Assembly (NCBI RefSeq): GCF_009914755.1
Contig: NC_060926.1
Length of the DNA stretch: 64,000 bases
Direction: 5' to 3' (one strand)
Source of the DNA: the human T2T-CHM13v2.0 reference genome, Homo sapiens
Position 1 is the stretch's first letter. Each line of letters opens with the position of its first letter. This document shows, piece by piece, positions 14,586-30,523 of this stretch. The position numbers were made by a program, and so were the translations under genes. The notes beneath the pieces were generated by a model, which was not told the origin of the DNA, searched no databases, and worked only from the letters and a program-made list of their open reading frames with translations.

Positions 14586-16631
14586 TTTCTTTTTTTTTTT
14601 AATGTTTTCTTATCCCAGCTACATAGGTCTAACATTTCCGTCTCATCAACCCAATCTCATTCTCCCTCCCAAATAGTGTCAACAAAAACCACAGAACTTA
14701 AAAACCATGTTTGCACTAGAAGAGACCTTCAAGATCACCCGGTGATCTCCTTATTCACATAAGACAAGCTCAGAGAGGGGAAGTGATATATCCAAGATCA
14801 CTGAAGAGACCAGATAACCTACTTCCCTATCTCATACAGTTGTTCATTTGTGTTCTGTGAGCTAACCCTAGAAGCAGGATTTGATGGTAGACTTGAACAA
14901 CACTCTGTCATACCACCTTAAAAATCACCACATAATTGCTGGGTGAGTAGACAGCCACTTAAATAACCCATTTGATGTTATACTGATTCTAACACTATGA
15001 TTTTAAAAGAGAAAGGAATACTTCATCTTCTGAGGAAGTCTCTATGATCTAAAATTAACTTTTTTCAAGGAAATTCTCATCATTGGTGAGCGAGCCACCT
15101 AGAGCTGACCTTTCAAAAATGCTGTGGAGCTCACAGCAAACCACCACGCAGAATTTGCTGTTGATTGCTCTTTTCACTCCTCCTCTCTGAAACTAGCAAG
15201 AACAGGAAGAAATATGTTTGTTCCCAGAGGTACATACAGTACTCAACTACAGGTACCACCTCTCTAGACTCATTTTATAACTCAGCTGCTTAATGCCATA
15301 TTTATCAGTCTTTTAAAAACCATATCTTCTTTGATAAATATGAAAATCTCACGTCTTCTCCACACTCCGACCTCTTAAGTCTATAATGTGCCTCTTTAGA
15401 GGGTATACAGCCAATCCCCATCTTCTTTGAGGTTCTCTCCTTTTCTGGCTGGACCTGGAGCCAATCTATGCATTTTCAAATTATATATTCCCTTCCTATT
15501 TGTGACCTGTCTGCATGCTCACTACCCCAAATACAAGTTAAAAATCACTGTCCTAATTTACTGCAGGCCAATGCCAATCATCAACTAGAAAATGAATGTA
15601 TGCTTTGCTTAAAGATGAATTTCAGTAATATCTGAGTTTTTGACACATGAGCTAATTGTCTCCATCTTTACAGTATAGCATTTAAATGGTTTAGAGTTCC
15701 TTTATATAGCTAAGATACACCCTATATCTCTACTTTTGAGATCAATGGTACCAGACGCCAATAATTTAATCCAATCAATAGAGATTCACATGGCTTTCTG
15801 AAAGATGTTCTACTTTGCTTTGGATTTTGTTATTTCTCAACTTTACTGAAACTCTATAAGATTCAATAGTTCTTATTGTAATAAGCGAGGTGAAGTCCTC
15901 AAACACAGATCTATTATACGATTGGAATAGGGATAAATAAGGGAGGTTTGTATATCTCAAATCCGTCTAGTCTCTCCTGCCTGCCCAGCAAGTTTTAATT
16001 AGTACTGATTTACTGTAATATTCATCCAGTTAATTCATTCTCCAGTACCCACTGTTGCCATGTTCAAATTTACGAGTACTCAATTGGATACAAAATAAGC
16101 CTAAGGCAATAACTAATTATCTAACACTAGAAAGTAGATACAAACAAAATAAACAGTAAAATAAAACTTTGAGGTTATGGGCCCAAAAAAGTTAAGATAG
16201 CCAGCAAAAAAAGACAGGCATCCAGAGGCAGCTGTGGTGAATACCTAGGCTAGGTAAAATAAATCTTAGGTAGGACTAAGGTAGGCGGGTGGGGAAGGAG
16301 GAAATATCCCAGCTGCGGGGAACACCATGAGTAAAGAACTGGAAAGAACTAAATCCACGGTACAAAGATGGTGAGGAGGGCGCAGGCCTGGTGGAAGCAG
16401 CAGACCTGCGGCATTAGCACACAAGCATTTAAATTGGATAGGCAGCAGGTGCCAGGCATTCCTGGCAGGTAGAGAGGCCCATCATACTTATAAAAACTTG
16501 ATAGGTTAAGAAAAACTCCCTGACACACAGGTAGCTTTCAAGAGGTGAGAGTTTAAAAAACAAAAATCAAACTACAATATTTCTCTTTCTCTTCTCCCTA
16601 TTCCTCATCTGGGGGTTTGTGAATACTCTGA

Positions 16632-16692
16632 GTGGGGCGGGGGGTGGGGGGGGGGAGGGGGAGGGAGAGGGAGGGGGAGGGAGAGAGAGAGA
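16632..16692 (+). repeat. G/GA-rich polypurine tract
   Basis: Multiple G3-G9+ runs followed by (GA)n. Confidence 0.85.
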
Positions 16693-17976
16693 CCTCCTGT
16701 GTGTATTTCCAAAACTCTAACTCCACCAGGTTATATACATAGTGATACAAATATGGCCTGATAAAAACAAAATTCATGCACCTCAATACTAAGAGTTACC
16801 ATTTACAAACTGCTAACTAACATACACCAGTCACTGTGTGAAGTGCTTTGCATACATCATTTAATTCTTACAACAACCCATGCTTCTGCATTTTACAAAT
16901 CTACATTTTATAGATGAGAAGACTAGATCTTAGTTAACTTTTCCTAACATCACAGGGACATGTCCAGGATTCCAGCCAAGGGCTATTTACCTTCAATTCT
17001 CATGCTTTTAAACCATCACACACAGTACTAACCTTGAAAGTCTTCTCCTAAGGAGAACATCATAGCACTCCCTTTATTCCAGGGGGGAAGGGGAGGAAAG
17101 ACAGTATTGGATATCAGGTTTTCCATAATCATTACTGAGTTACACCTGGTCAAGCCAAGATTTTTCTCTACAGCCAAAAAGCCCAATGAAATTATTTCTT
17201 CCAGTGCTGCCCCCTTCCCCTCCAATACCAAGATTCCAAGGCTTCTAAAAACAGCAGAGAACAAAGGCCTGTGGAACAGGGGTGGGCTATCCCAGGGGAG
17301 ATTAAACAAGTCTAACAAACCTGTAAAATAATCAGCACTTCCTGAATCAATCAGATTCACTGACCAGAGAAAATGAACCAAGGTACTAGCAGGAGACCTG
17401 CCATCTCAGTAAATGCTGCTCAGGCCCCAGTCCTCCAGGAAGGACCCAACCTACGATGCCTTAGTTCCATTCCTTCTTCCTGTCCCCATAGGTAATAAAG
17501 TCATCATTTTGTTCTCAAATTCATGCTCAGTACCAAAAGGACAATAATCTTTCTCTTACCCTAAAGGTCCCAGTACAATAGCTGTAAGTGTCCTTGAAAA
17601 CATGCAGCAAACAAATTATGTGGCATTATGTTGCTTTCTACAGGATTCAAGTCCTAGATGACAGGCATCATTATTTAAGCTCATTATAACGACAAAAGAT
17701 AATCTAGCATCAATGCTATGCTTAGCCTTCTATAATAATAATAGATACCATGAGCTCTTTGGTCCAATAATCTCTGTTTTTTGACAAAAATAACAAAGCT
17801 TCAGTTGGCACTGCCATTCCTTGTCTGCCAAGGTTAACACAGAGCCCAAGGAGAAAACTGACCAGCTCAAACTGATTCACCCACAGCAGACCTCAAATGA
17901 AACTTCAAATTTCAGGAACTTGTCCTCTGCCAAGGTGGAAGTCTCCTCCAAAAGGAATCCTCTTTCCTAACAATTA

Positions 17977-18301
<325 letters not shown>

Positions 18302-18487
18302 CTAAATAATAAAAATAATAGATCAATAATAATAAAAACAAAAAAGGGAGAAAGGAGGTATAAAATGCTACAGCCAGTATCACCTTACAAGCTAATAGTT
18401 TATCATTCCTGAGTGATTAAATTCACAGCAAATAAAAGGCTTTTTTGCTTTGGGTATAAACACAGAACATCTGAATTATTTATGTAG

Positions 18488-18583
18488 ACCATTTTCTTCC
18501 TCAAAAAAGACCAAAAATATTGCAATACTTACTTCAACTTTACCAACAGAAGACCAGAACATATACAAACATGCTGAACTAGA
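18488..18583 (+). repeat. Left arm of a long-range inverted repeat
   Basis: ~86% identical to the reverse complement of 21093-21191. Confidence 0.9.
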
Positions 18584-18792
18584 CATGTTCTCTAAAACAG
18601 GCAATTTTGCCCCACAGGTGACATTTAGCAATGTTGAGACATTTTTCATTGCCACAGTAGGCTGTGTATGTATTATATAATTCTGGCAACTAGTGGGTAG
18701 AGGCCATGGATACTGCTAAAGATCCCATAGTGCACAAGACAGCCCTCCACAACAAAGAGTTACCCAGACCAAAATGTTAGTAGTGCCAAGGT
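18584..18792. mobile_element. MER20 lacking its right terminus
   Basis: aattttgcccc..ggtgacatttagcaatgt..gagacattttt...tagtgggtagaggcca...agtgccaaggt. Confidence 0.75.
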
Positions 18793-18924
18793 AGCACAAA
18801 TGACTGTTGACCAATGTGGGAAGAGACAGTAGTTGGGAGTTGCTCAGAAGGGCCTAATTGGCGGTGTGACTTTAGGCAAATCACCTAATTTTCAAATTTG
18901 TTTTCTTAGAATCAATGAACTAGC

Positions 18925-19957
<1,033 letters not shown>

Positions 19958-20172
19958 CTAGAACCTGACCATCCTGGTACTCTGATCTTGGACTTCATAG
20001 CCTCCAGAGCTGTGGGAAATAAATTTCTATTGTTTATAGGCTACCTAGTTTCTGATATTTTGTTACAGCAGCCCAGAGGAACTAAGCCAGTAAGCAACCT
20101 TCAAATGCTATGGAAGCATTATCTGACTTGAAAAGCTCACAGGGAGATTCAGCTGGGAAGGGTTGGTTATTA

Positions 20173-20553
<381 letters not shown>

Positions 20554-21092
20554 CTATACTTGTAGCTAGGAGCCTCGGGTTCAAGTTCATTCACTGCTAC
20601 TTCTTGCCAATATGACTTTGAAGAAGTCATTCAACCAATGTCAGCCACTGCTTCCTCATCTGTACAGCTGGAGTAATAACCATGCTTTCTACCTCTGCAG
20701 GGATGACGCAATCACAAAATGAGAGTATGTAGATATAAGGCTATTTCGCATAAGAGCAGCTTGTCCTGCCAGTGAAAGAGGCAGCAAGGTTTTACTAAGC
20801 ATCTCATATGTTCTCTGTCTGAGATGCTATGGCAAACAGAGAAGTAATGGAAGACTCGGCTCCTGTCCTGCTAGTTGGCATGATATGACCAACACACAAG
20901 AAACAACTGAACCCCAAAAGGCAATTACATATCTCTTGCAGTGATGGGGTCTGTGGTGTAGTCTCTAAGCTATGGGTTTGAAGGAAGGAGATCAGAGAGG
21001 ACTGCAATGGTTATGAAAAAGATTTCATGAAGACAGACTATTCTTAACTGAGTCTTTTCTCTGTAACCTCACCTTCATGGAACCTTGCTGCA

Positions 21093-21191
21093 TCTAGTTC
21101 ACCATCTTTACCTATGTTCTAGTTTTCTCTTAGTAAAGTTAAAGTAAGTATTGCAATATTTTTGGTCTTTTTTTGAGGAACAAAAAATGGT
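21093..21191 (-). repeat. Right arm of the long-range inverted repeat
   Basis: Reverse complement aligns to 18488-18583 with a 32-nt perfect core. Confidence 0.9.
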
Positions 21192-21211
21192 ACAGAACCA
21201 CTGCTCTAGAC

Positions 21212-22856
21212 TACAATGGTCTCAAAACAGTAGTGTACAAGATGACAATGCACTGGGGTAGACAAAGAAAATAAAAGATCCTCTATTTTTATTTATTTTC
21301 ATTTTAAAAAGTAAGATTTTCCAAGTAAAAAGGCAACCCACAGAATGTGAGAAAATATCTGCAAATCATGTATCTGATAAGGAATTGATACCCAGAATAT
21401 ACAGAGAACTCCTAAAATAACAACCCAATTCAAAAATGGGCAAAGGACTTAAATAGACATTTTCCAAAGAAGATATACAAATAGCTAATAAACACATAAC
21501 AAGATGCGTGACATCACAAATTACTAGGGAAATACAAATCAAAAGTATAAGAAGATACCACCTCACATCCATTAGGATAGCCACTGTCACAAAACAGAAA
21601 ACAAGTGTCGGTGAGAATGAGGAATAACTGGAACCTTTGTGCACTGTTGATGGGAATGAAACATGGGTACAGCCGCTATGGAAAACAATGTGGCAATTCC
21701 TTAAAAAATTAAAAATAGGATTACCATATGACCTAGCAATTGCATTTCTGAGTATATACCCAAAAGAACGCAGGGTCTTGAAGAGATATTTGTACATCCA
21801 TGTTCATAACTGTAGCAACATTATTCACAATAGCTAAAAGGTGGAAGCAACCCAGTGTCCACTGATGAATGATACATGTGGCATATATATACAATGGCAT
21901 ATTCCTGAACCTTAAACAGGAAGGAAATTCTGACACATGGTACAAAACAAATGAACCTTGAGGACATTATGCTAAGTGAAATAAGCCAATGACAAAAGGC
22001 CAAATACAGTAATATTCCACTTATATGAGGTATTCAACGTAGTAAAAATCATAGAGACAGTAAGTGGAGTGCTGGTTGCCAGAGGCTAGAGAGAGGTGGG
22101 AATGAGAGTTGTCATTTAATAGGTACAATTTCAGTTTTACAAGATGAAAAGAGTTATGGGAATGGATGGTGGTGATGGTTGCATATTATGAATATATTTA
22201 ACACCTAGACGTACATTTAAAAATGATTAAGATAATACATTTTAGGTTATGTGTATTTTACATTTAAAAATTTAGAAAAAATAAGATTTTGTCCTTGTTA
22301 ATATATAACATATGGCCCAACACTAGCACTCCCATTCAGTCAATGTTCAGTCACATGTCCACTATTGAGGGCTGATGGGGTGACATCTTTATAGCACACT
22401 GAGATATACTATAGTTCATGTGTGCTTGGTTAAATGGATTCACTGATTACATTATTTTAAATTAATTAATCATCACAAAACAAACTAGAGGCTTAAAAAG
22501 ATTTCTACTAAAAAAAAACCTTGGATTAAAGATAATGCAATCAAAAATGAACAAGAGAATGGCAGAGCTGTCATATCTATTCCTGGCATACTCTTCATGC
22601 ATAGTCACACTGCAATGTAGACACAATCACAATTGAATAAGTTAACCAAAATCTTGTTGAGATTATTTAAAATATAGATTTGCATCCACTATCATTTATG
22701 ATGAACTTCATCCTAAGTATATAATGTGACTTCAGATATTAGCTAATGATAGCAGGACATGAATATAACTTACAAATAAACAAGCACACATACATGAAGA
22801 TATGGCATGTTTTTTAACTAGAGCACTATTCTATCCAAAAAGTTTAGAGACTACTG
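21212..22856. mobile_element. Charlie4/MER113-like hAT element interrupted by an L1
   Basis: Termini caatggtctcaaaa ... aaaagtttagagactactg, flanked on both sides by ctctagac. Confidence 0.55.
21322..22280 (+). mobile_element. L1MA/L1MB 3' fragment
   Basis: Degenerate ORF2 C-terminus (VQPLWKTMWQFLKKLKIGLPYD) and 3' UTR. TSD-like aartaagatttt. Confidence 0.88.
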
Positions 22857-22864
22857 CTCTAGAC

Positions 22865-23367
<503 letters not shown>

Positions 23368-26320
23368 CCCTGGGCCACTAGTAGATTATCGCTATCTCAA
23401 AACATACAGCTACCCAGTAAGCAGTTATTTTTCTGCTTTTGTGTCTTTGGCCATGTTATTCTCTCTGCCTAGAATGTTCTTCTACCTTGTCCATCTAGCA
23501 ATAAGTTCTCATTTTTGAAGACACACCTCAAATGTCACCTTTCTTTAGCTTTCCCTGACTACTCCCCAACCCACAAAATTGTTGCCTTGGGTCTGTTCCC
23601 CAGCTCTTTTACATGACTCCAGCGCAGCATCTGCAGCTATTTGCTCACATATCTGAAATCCTATGACTGTGAGGTCCTCAAGGCACAGCCATGTCTCATT
23701 TATCTCCGCATGATGCCTGGCACATAATGAATGCTCAGTAACATTTACTGAATAAGGGAGTGAATGAACTGACAAACCTTGATCTCCCAATTCATAATGC
23801 AGTGTTCTTTCCACCACACCAAAATATGGCTCCATAAAATAGACCGGAGGCAAGTCTCTGCTAGCTCACAGTGCTAGATGCTACTTTAATAGACAATACG
23901 TTTCTATTATTATCATTTTTTTCTCTTTCAGATGCGGATGTCACAGTTACCTCATAAGTAGGCTCAGAAGGCATGCATCCTTGAAAGGGTGCAAGATGAA
24001 GGTGGTACTAGGCCCCTTTCCGAAGCGTCAACATTCAAATATTGCAAGTTAAAATGACGGCTCTGATGCAGTAATATTTTTTGTGTGTTTTGTTAATATT
24101 TATCAAACCTTTCTTGTGTACTCTACATGGCGTTTTAGCTACCAGGGTACAAGTGTATGTCTCCCCTCATACCCTCCCACTCAAAAGTCACGTGAAACTG
24201 CTGCTCTCTCTTCATCATTATTTGTTATTAAATGAGCTTTACTTTGTTAGAAAGACTGAAAGAAAGAGTTTGACCATGGCAATTGCTTATTCTGGACTTC
24301 ATTTCTGAATTCTAGATTTGGCTATATTTAGCAAAGCTACAACCGTCATCATGCCCAAAGCCAGGAAGAAGACACCATTCACAAACCACCCCCTGAAAAT
24401 CTGCAGTTGCCTCTAAAAAACCAGACTTCCCAGCAGGCAAAGACATCTGAAGTGGGAGGGATCAAATTGGTGTTTGCGTCAAGAGAAGGTCTCAGGTGCT
24501 TATAACTAAATCTCTCTGCCTGGCACTCAAGATTCTCCATAAAATTAGTCCTTCCTTTTCTCTCCAATGTACCTTCTGCTCTGGTCAAACACCTTCAATA
24601 TCTCCCCTGTTCATACCTTTCGGTAACACTGGTCATTTCCCTTCCCTGCCTGCTTTTGCTTAAGCTTCTAGCCTCTTATCAAACCTTCTGGGACCACTCT
24701 TTCCCCAGACACTCGCTGCTCCCTTTCCCCACAATTGGCACGGGGCTGAGGCACAGGAGGGGAGCCGTGCATTCTTGGTACCTATTCATCAGTCTTTCAA
24801 AAGGCCCAGGGCCACTGAAGAAAGTGAGTAGCAAGCACCTCCAGGGAGCAACTTAAAGAATTTCATTCTACCACTCCGTGTCCTCTGTCCTTCTTTCCTT
24901 GATTCTGGGGAGGAAATGTGTACTGATGAAAATGGTAACACTAAACTAGTCAGTATTCTCAAAATTTATCATGCTGTTTCACCACTTTGCCTATACTATT
25001 CTCTCAGCCTGAGAGGTCCTGAGTAACCCCCATCTGGAACATCTGCTGGGCAATTTCTATTCCTGTTCAAACTTCATGTCACCTATGAACTCTCACCCCC
25101 AGGCTCTTTATCATAACATCTTTTACCATCTAAGGTATGTATGTCAAAGGCCACGCTTAAGTGCTGGACACTTATCTCAGGTGTTGAGCTCTATTAAGAG
25201 TCAGGCCTGTGTCCCATTCATCTTAGGATCTCTGGAACCTAATACAGTGCCTGCCACAAAGAGGCACGTACGTGTATCATATTGATACCACCAACATATT
25301 ATGTGCCTTTAATGGAATTTTTGGTGATTTCACACACATTTTTAAGCCTTACTAGTTTGCTCTGTAGGTAGGAGAAATTATCAAAGTTTACTGATGTGGA
25401 CATTTGGTACTTCTCATCAGCCTTGGACCTGGATTCCTTGAATATAAATTAGAAAGCTGTTCTGAGGAGCCATCTAGTCCACCTTATAGTTCCAGAATGT
25501 TGTCTTCAACACAGTAATAAATAAACATTTATTGTTTAAAGCGTAGATATAAGTCCTCGTATAGCTAAGGAAGTATGATAAAAGCACAGCTTCTCAATCC
25601 TTCTTTGAACATTGCTCCAATTTTCCCATTGAGCTCATTCTGGAAGCTTAAACCAAATCTTCCCTTGATATCATATGCCCATTAACTTAGACATGATTTA
25701 GCTTCTCATCATGGCATCTTTGCTGAGAAAGCTAGAAAGAAAATATTCTCCCTGGCACCCAGCCTAGAAATAGCCATATTCCTCTAAACTCATAACTTAA
25801 AGCCTTCACTTCCCCCAAACAGCCCCTGCTGGACTAGTTAGTGAAACCAGGCCAGGAAGGCTGATGCTACCAGGGGAGGTATGGCAGTGCGACATCTTTT
25901 TGTCTTACCCAGCACCTGCTCCTTGGGGTTCTTGCAATTCCTTAAGAAAAAGCACAGACCAATACCCACGCTAGAGAAAAAGAGATCATCAGCGGAATGT
26001 GGTGGTAATCTGGTCTGTGTTTTGAAGCCTCTCACACCACTCCTCCCTAAACTGCCTAGCCACCGCTCTGGGCACACAGGGTACAACTCCTGTGGTCCTT
26101 AAACAACTCTGGCTAGAACTGTAGATAAGTCAGCACTCGGGGACTCACAGAGAAGAGAGTCCAGGGAAGGAGCATGGCTACCCAAAACGTCTGTTAAGCC
26201 TTTAAGGAGCTGGTGAGGACTCTGCAAAGAACATCTGGCTCTGTCCCCTAACAATGGGGGAAAGGAATTGCTTCAGATTGCTGCAGCTCAACTAGCTTTC
26301 ACATTGCTCCCACTCCCCTT

Positions 26321-26322
<2 letters not shown>

Positions 26323-26390
<68 letters not shown>
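26323..26390. repeat. Compound (CA)n(CT)n microsatellite
   Basis: Seen directly in the sequence. Confidence 0.95.
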
Positions 26391-26392
<2 letters not shown>

Positions 26393-26514
26393 CCCCCACA
26401 TATATACATATGATGTATAACGTTGCTGGTAAGTAATGGCTACCATTTATTGAACACCTGAAAATGTTAATTATATATATTGCCTCATTTAATCTTCATG
26501 ACCAGCCCATTAAG

Positions 26515-26659
26515 CAGTGGTTCTCAAACTTGACCTTGCGTCAGAATCTCTCCAGGAACTTATTAAGCCCCACACCCACAGCCTACAGAGTGAGGCCTGA
26601 GAATCTCCATTTCCAACAAGCTCGCAGGTGATAAGTATGCCCCACTTTGAGAACCACTG
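26515..26659. mobile_element. MER5A inserted in a MIR
   Basis: TIRs cagtggttctcaaa ... tttgagaaccactg with MIR sequence on both sides. Confidence 0.8.
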
Positions 26660-29164
26660 CCACAGGGAAACAGAGATTCAAGAGTGGTTTGGAATGTCTT
26701 GCCTACAGTTCCACAGCTAGTAAAGAACAGATCCAGAATTTGAACCTAGATCTGTCTGACTCTACAGACAGTGCTGGTAACCATGCTACTATATGTGTGA
26801 ATGTATGCCTCATCTTCCCAAATTCATTGGCAGATCCTTAAAGGCAGATGTCAATCACACTATAGACCTCCCTCATCCATCTCAGAACTTCATAGGGTCT
26901 TTGGACTTGGTAGGTGCTACATAAATACTTTGTATACTGGCTCCTACATATCTACATACTTCTAAGAGCCACAAATTCAAACTCAACTTAAGCCAAAGAA
27001 CACAAAAAGGGCGCATAGCCAGACCCAGTTTTACGTGACATTCTCTCTTGCTACTCTGTCTTTGCCCATGGTGCCACCACACTAACTCCTACTCACTCTT
27101 CAGTCACTTCCTTCAGAAATCCTGGGCTCCCTAAAACTGGGGGCCACTGCACCCTAAGTTTATCTCTATGATGGCATTTACCAATCCACTATAACTGGCT
27201 ATTTTCCATCTCTTAAAGCAGTTGGTAAAAGCTAGCATCTAGTTTAACAGTATACCCCCAGAGCCTAGCACAGCACCTGGCACTTCACAGGCAACTCCAT
27301 AAACTGTTGAATGAATAAATGCAGAGCTACAAGTCCTAAATTCTGTGTAAAAATATCACAATACGTGATGCGCAGTTCTCAAAGATGAATCCCAGAGAAG
27401 AGGAAGGCAGCCTAGGTAACAAAGACCAATTTTGCCTTTTCTTTTCCCTATCACTTCTCTCACACTTGGAGAACATGCACCGCTTAGGGCAGCATCATCC
27501 GTGATGAGACAACATCCTAGCTGAACAAAACGCTCGTGGGCTATAAGGTCAGCAGAGGCCATTCAGAGGGGAGGAAAGTGTTCTGTGGCCCTTCGTTTCT
27601 CCTGATTTCTCTCTGACACACTCTCCTTTTCACTGTTTCTCCACCCCACTGCAGTTAAGGGCTTTGGCACAGGGATGAAAGAGACAGATCAGACTCAAGG
27701 GTGCGGATCTGGCAGCGGGCACAGAAGCATCTCCTAGCCTGCACCAAAGTCCACGGGAAAGATCCAAGGGGACAGTGACTCTGGCCCCAGATAAAGCGCA
27801 GCTAGAACAGTACTGAGATTGGAAGAGCAATAATTTCACATGGACATTAACTGTCAGAGATCTTTTTTAAAAATCATGTTTTTAAAGTACAGACTTCAAC
27901 TCTATTCCCAGAAAACTGGGCCCTGCTGAATCCAGTGCTTACACAAGCTGAGAGCCAAACACAGCTTCTTCCTCTTCCAAACCCACCCACCAGCCCGCAA
28001 CATCCACCATGGTAAGCATTTCCCAGGCCCAGGTCAGGACCCTTGCTTCAACTTTAGCTTGCAAAAGGCCCCTTTTTAAAGAGGCCTCTTAGCTTTCTCT
28101 CTTCCCTTGCTAATAAAACTGTTCCCTACCATCACCATGTTGCAGTAAGAGAGACCTCTCCCTTCTTCCAACCCCTCTCGGTCTATAACACAACCTACAG
28201 CAGGTTGGCCCCATCCAATCAGTCTGAATTGCTTCATGCCAAGGAAATTGCTGCTTTTATTAAAAATAAAAGCACACTAGGCAGGCGAAGGGCTGTGAAA
28301 AGTATGAGTCTGGCATAATTATGAAGGTCGAGGTTAAGGTTACCAAAAGAGACATGCAAAGATTTCCCGAAAGCCTGGGGGAATCAAGATGTATATCTAC
28401 GTGAGTATAGACACACAGATGAAACACAGAGGGAATTTATGCAGCAGATCTAAATAACATCCTCTCTGATAGCGAAAAAACAAAATCAGAGCCACTCTCA
28501 AGTAATTTTTCTTTTGATTAAAAAAACAAAAAACAAAACCTAAAGCGAGAAGGAAGAGGGGCCTACTAGACTGAGTTCAAAATAACCACATTTGTTTTAT
28601 GTAATTTCTGTTATCTTTGCTATAACCTGGGGACCTGATTACAGTTGGGTCAGGAAACAAATCTACTAGTGAAATCCACCAAGAGCCTTGGCCCTTGGAA
28701 AAACACGTTCACGTTCTCCGAAAATCCTCTCTTCCTTCCAATGCCTGCTCATGGAAGTGGGAAAGTTGGGTAGGAGAAGGAGAAACCCCTCTCTTCTTAA
28801 AAGTCCCCCCACCCTTCAGCCTTCACATCAAGATTTTAAGTTTTAGGAGGATGACAAGCCCATCACCCTGCCTTTGGCATAAAGCTTTACACTTTCACAC
28901 ATACGTTTTCTTGTGTGATCCTCAAAATTTGGCTTCTCAATATTAAAAAAATAAAAATAAAAGGCCACTAACGTAAACAATTTCGGCAACCTCCCCACAC
29001 CCCCATAAGCCCAGTCACTTTCAAATCTCAATTTTAAATCTCTCAAGGACAATGACTCACAGGGCAAGTGAAGGGGGAAGGGAGGGTCAACTGGTCAAAG
29101 CCCATTCATACATGCAACAACTAGAAACCACAGTATTGCCGCATCAGCACAAGATTTTAATTTA

Positions 29165-29585
<421 letters not shown>

Positions 29586-29885
29586 CTGTGATGACAGAGG
29601 AAGAAAGAGAGGATGAATCAGTAACACGCTTAAAAATTCAACCGCTGAGTCCTAGGGGGAGCAAAAGCCATCATCCTGGGGAAACGCTTCATGTATTTTC
29701 CCGGCGAGAAAAACCGTGGGGCTGAAAACGCGACCCCGGCCCCAGAACCCGGGACCCCCGAGCCGGGAGCTCGGAGAAAGGAGGGATCCGAGCTGCTCCG
29801 GCAGCGCCGACCCTCCCGGGCACTGCCTCCCGCTCCTCCCGGGTCTCCCCGCCGCCCCTCGAGGCGGCATCCTGGCAGCACCCAC

Positions 29886-30050
29886 TTGAGACGGCTCGGC
29901 GGCCGGCGCCCTGCTACCAGCCCCGCGACATTGTCACGGCCGCCGGGCCGGCCTGCGACGCAGAGAAGAGGCGGCGCTGCAGCGAGAGCCGGGGCCGCGC
30001 TCGGCTCCCGCCCGCCCGCCAGCTGATCCCGGGAGCGCCGGGCGGAGACT
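29886..30050 (-). other. AAK1: AAK1 non-coding exon 1 (5' end approximate)
   Basis: Donor CTCAA|GTGGGT at 29886/29885 inside the CpG island, giving a 300-nt intron to the exon 2 acceptor. TSS inferred just downstream of the ETS/GC boxes. Confidence 0.75.
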
Positions 30051-30102
30051 GACCCGCCGCCCCTCCCCCGCGCGCGCTCCCGCCCGGCTCCATCCACCCA
30101 AC

Positions 30103-30128
30103 CAGGAAGTGAACCGCCGCCGGAAGTG
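30103..30128 (+). promoter_or_regulatory. Tandem ETS/GABPA motifs
   Basis: CAGGAAGTG at 30103-30111 and CCGGAAGTG at 30120-30128. Confidence 0.7.
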
Positions 30129-30328
30129 CCCCTCGGGGCGGCGCGGCGAGGGACCGGGGCCTCTCCTGCAACCGCCGTTCTGTCGCCACGGATGGGAAGG
30201 AGTCGACCGCGAGAAGAGGACTGGGGGAAGAGGGTCTCAGTGCAGACAGAGTTCTGGAAAAGACTGTTGATATCACCCGAGCCGCAGGGCAAGCTGGGAA
30301 AGGTAGCTCGGCACAGTCCGGCTGCTGG

Positions 30329-30347
30329 ACTACAAATCCCAGCATAC
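30329..30347 (+). promoter_or_regulatory. ZNF143/THAP11 (SBS) motif
   Basis: ACTACAAATCCCAGCATAC matches the ACTACAnnTCCCAnnATGC consensus. Confidence 0.75.
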
Positions 30348-30515
30348 TCCTGGAGGAGAGGGCGAGGCGGCAGCCGTGTGGCCTCCACGGCCTCGAAGGA
30401 GATTTGTGGGGTGGCGCGTATGTGGGGACTCGGCAATTTAAACACATCCCGTGAAGAAACTGCCAACAACTAAGTTCCCCCCCCCCCCCCCCGCTGTATG
30501 TTCCACCCTTCTGGA

Positions 30516-30523
30516 GCCATCTT
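30516..30523 (-). promoter_or_regulatory. YY1 motif
   Basis: GCCATCTT on plus (AAGATGGC on minus) within the CpG island. Confidence 0.5.
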
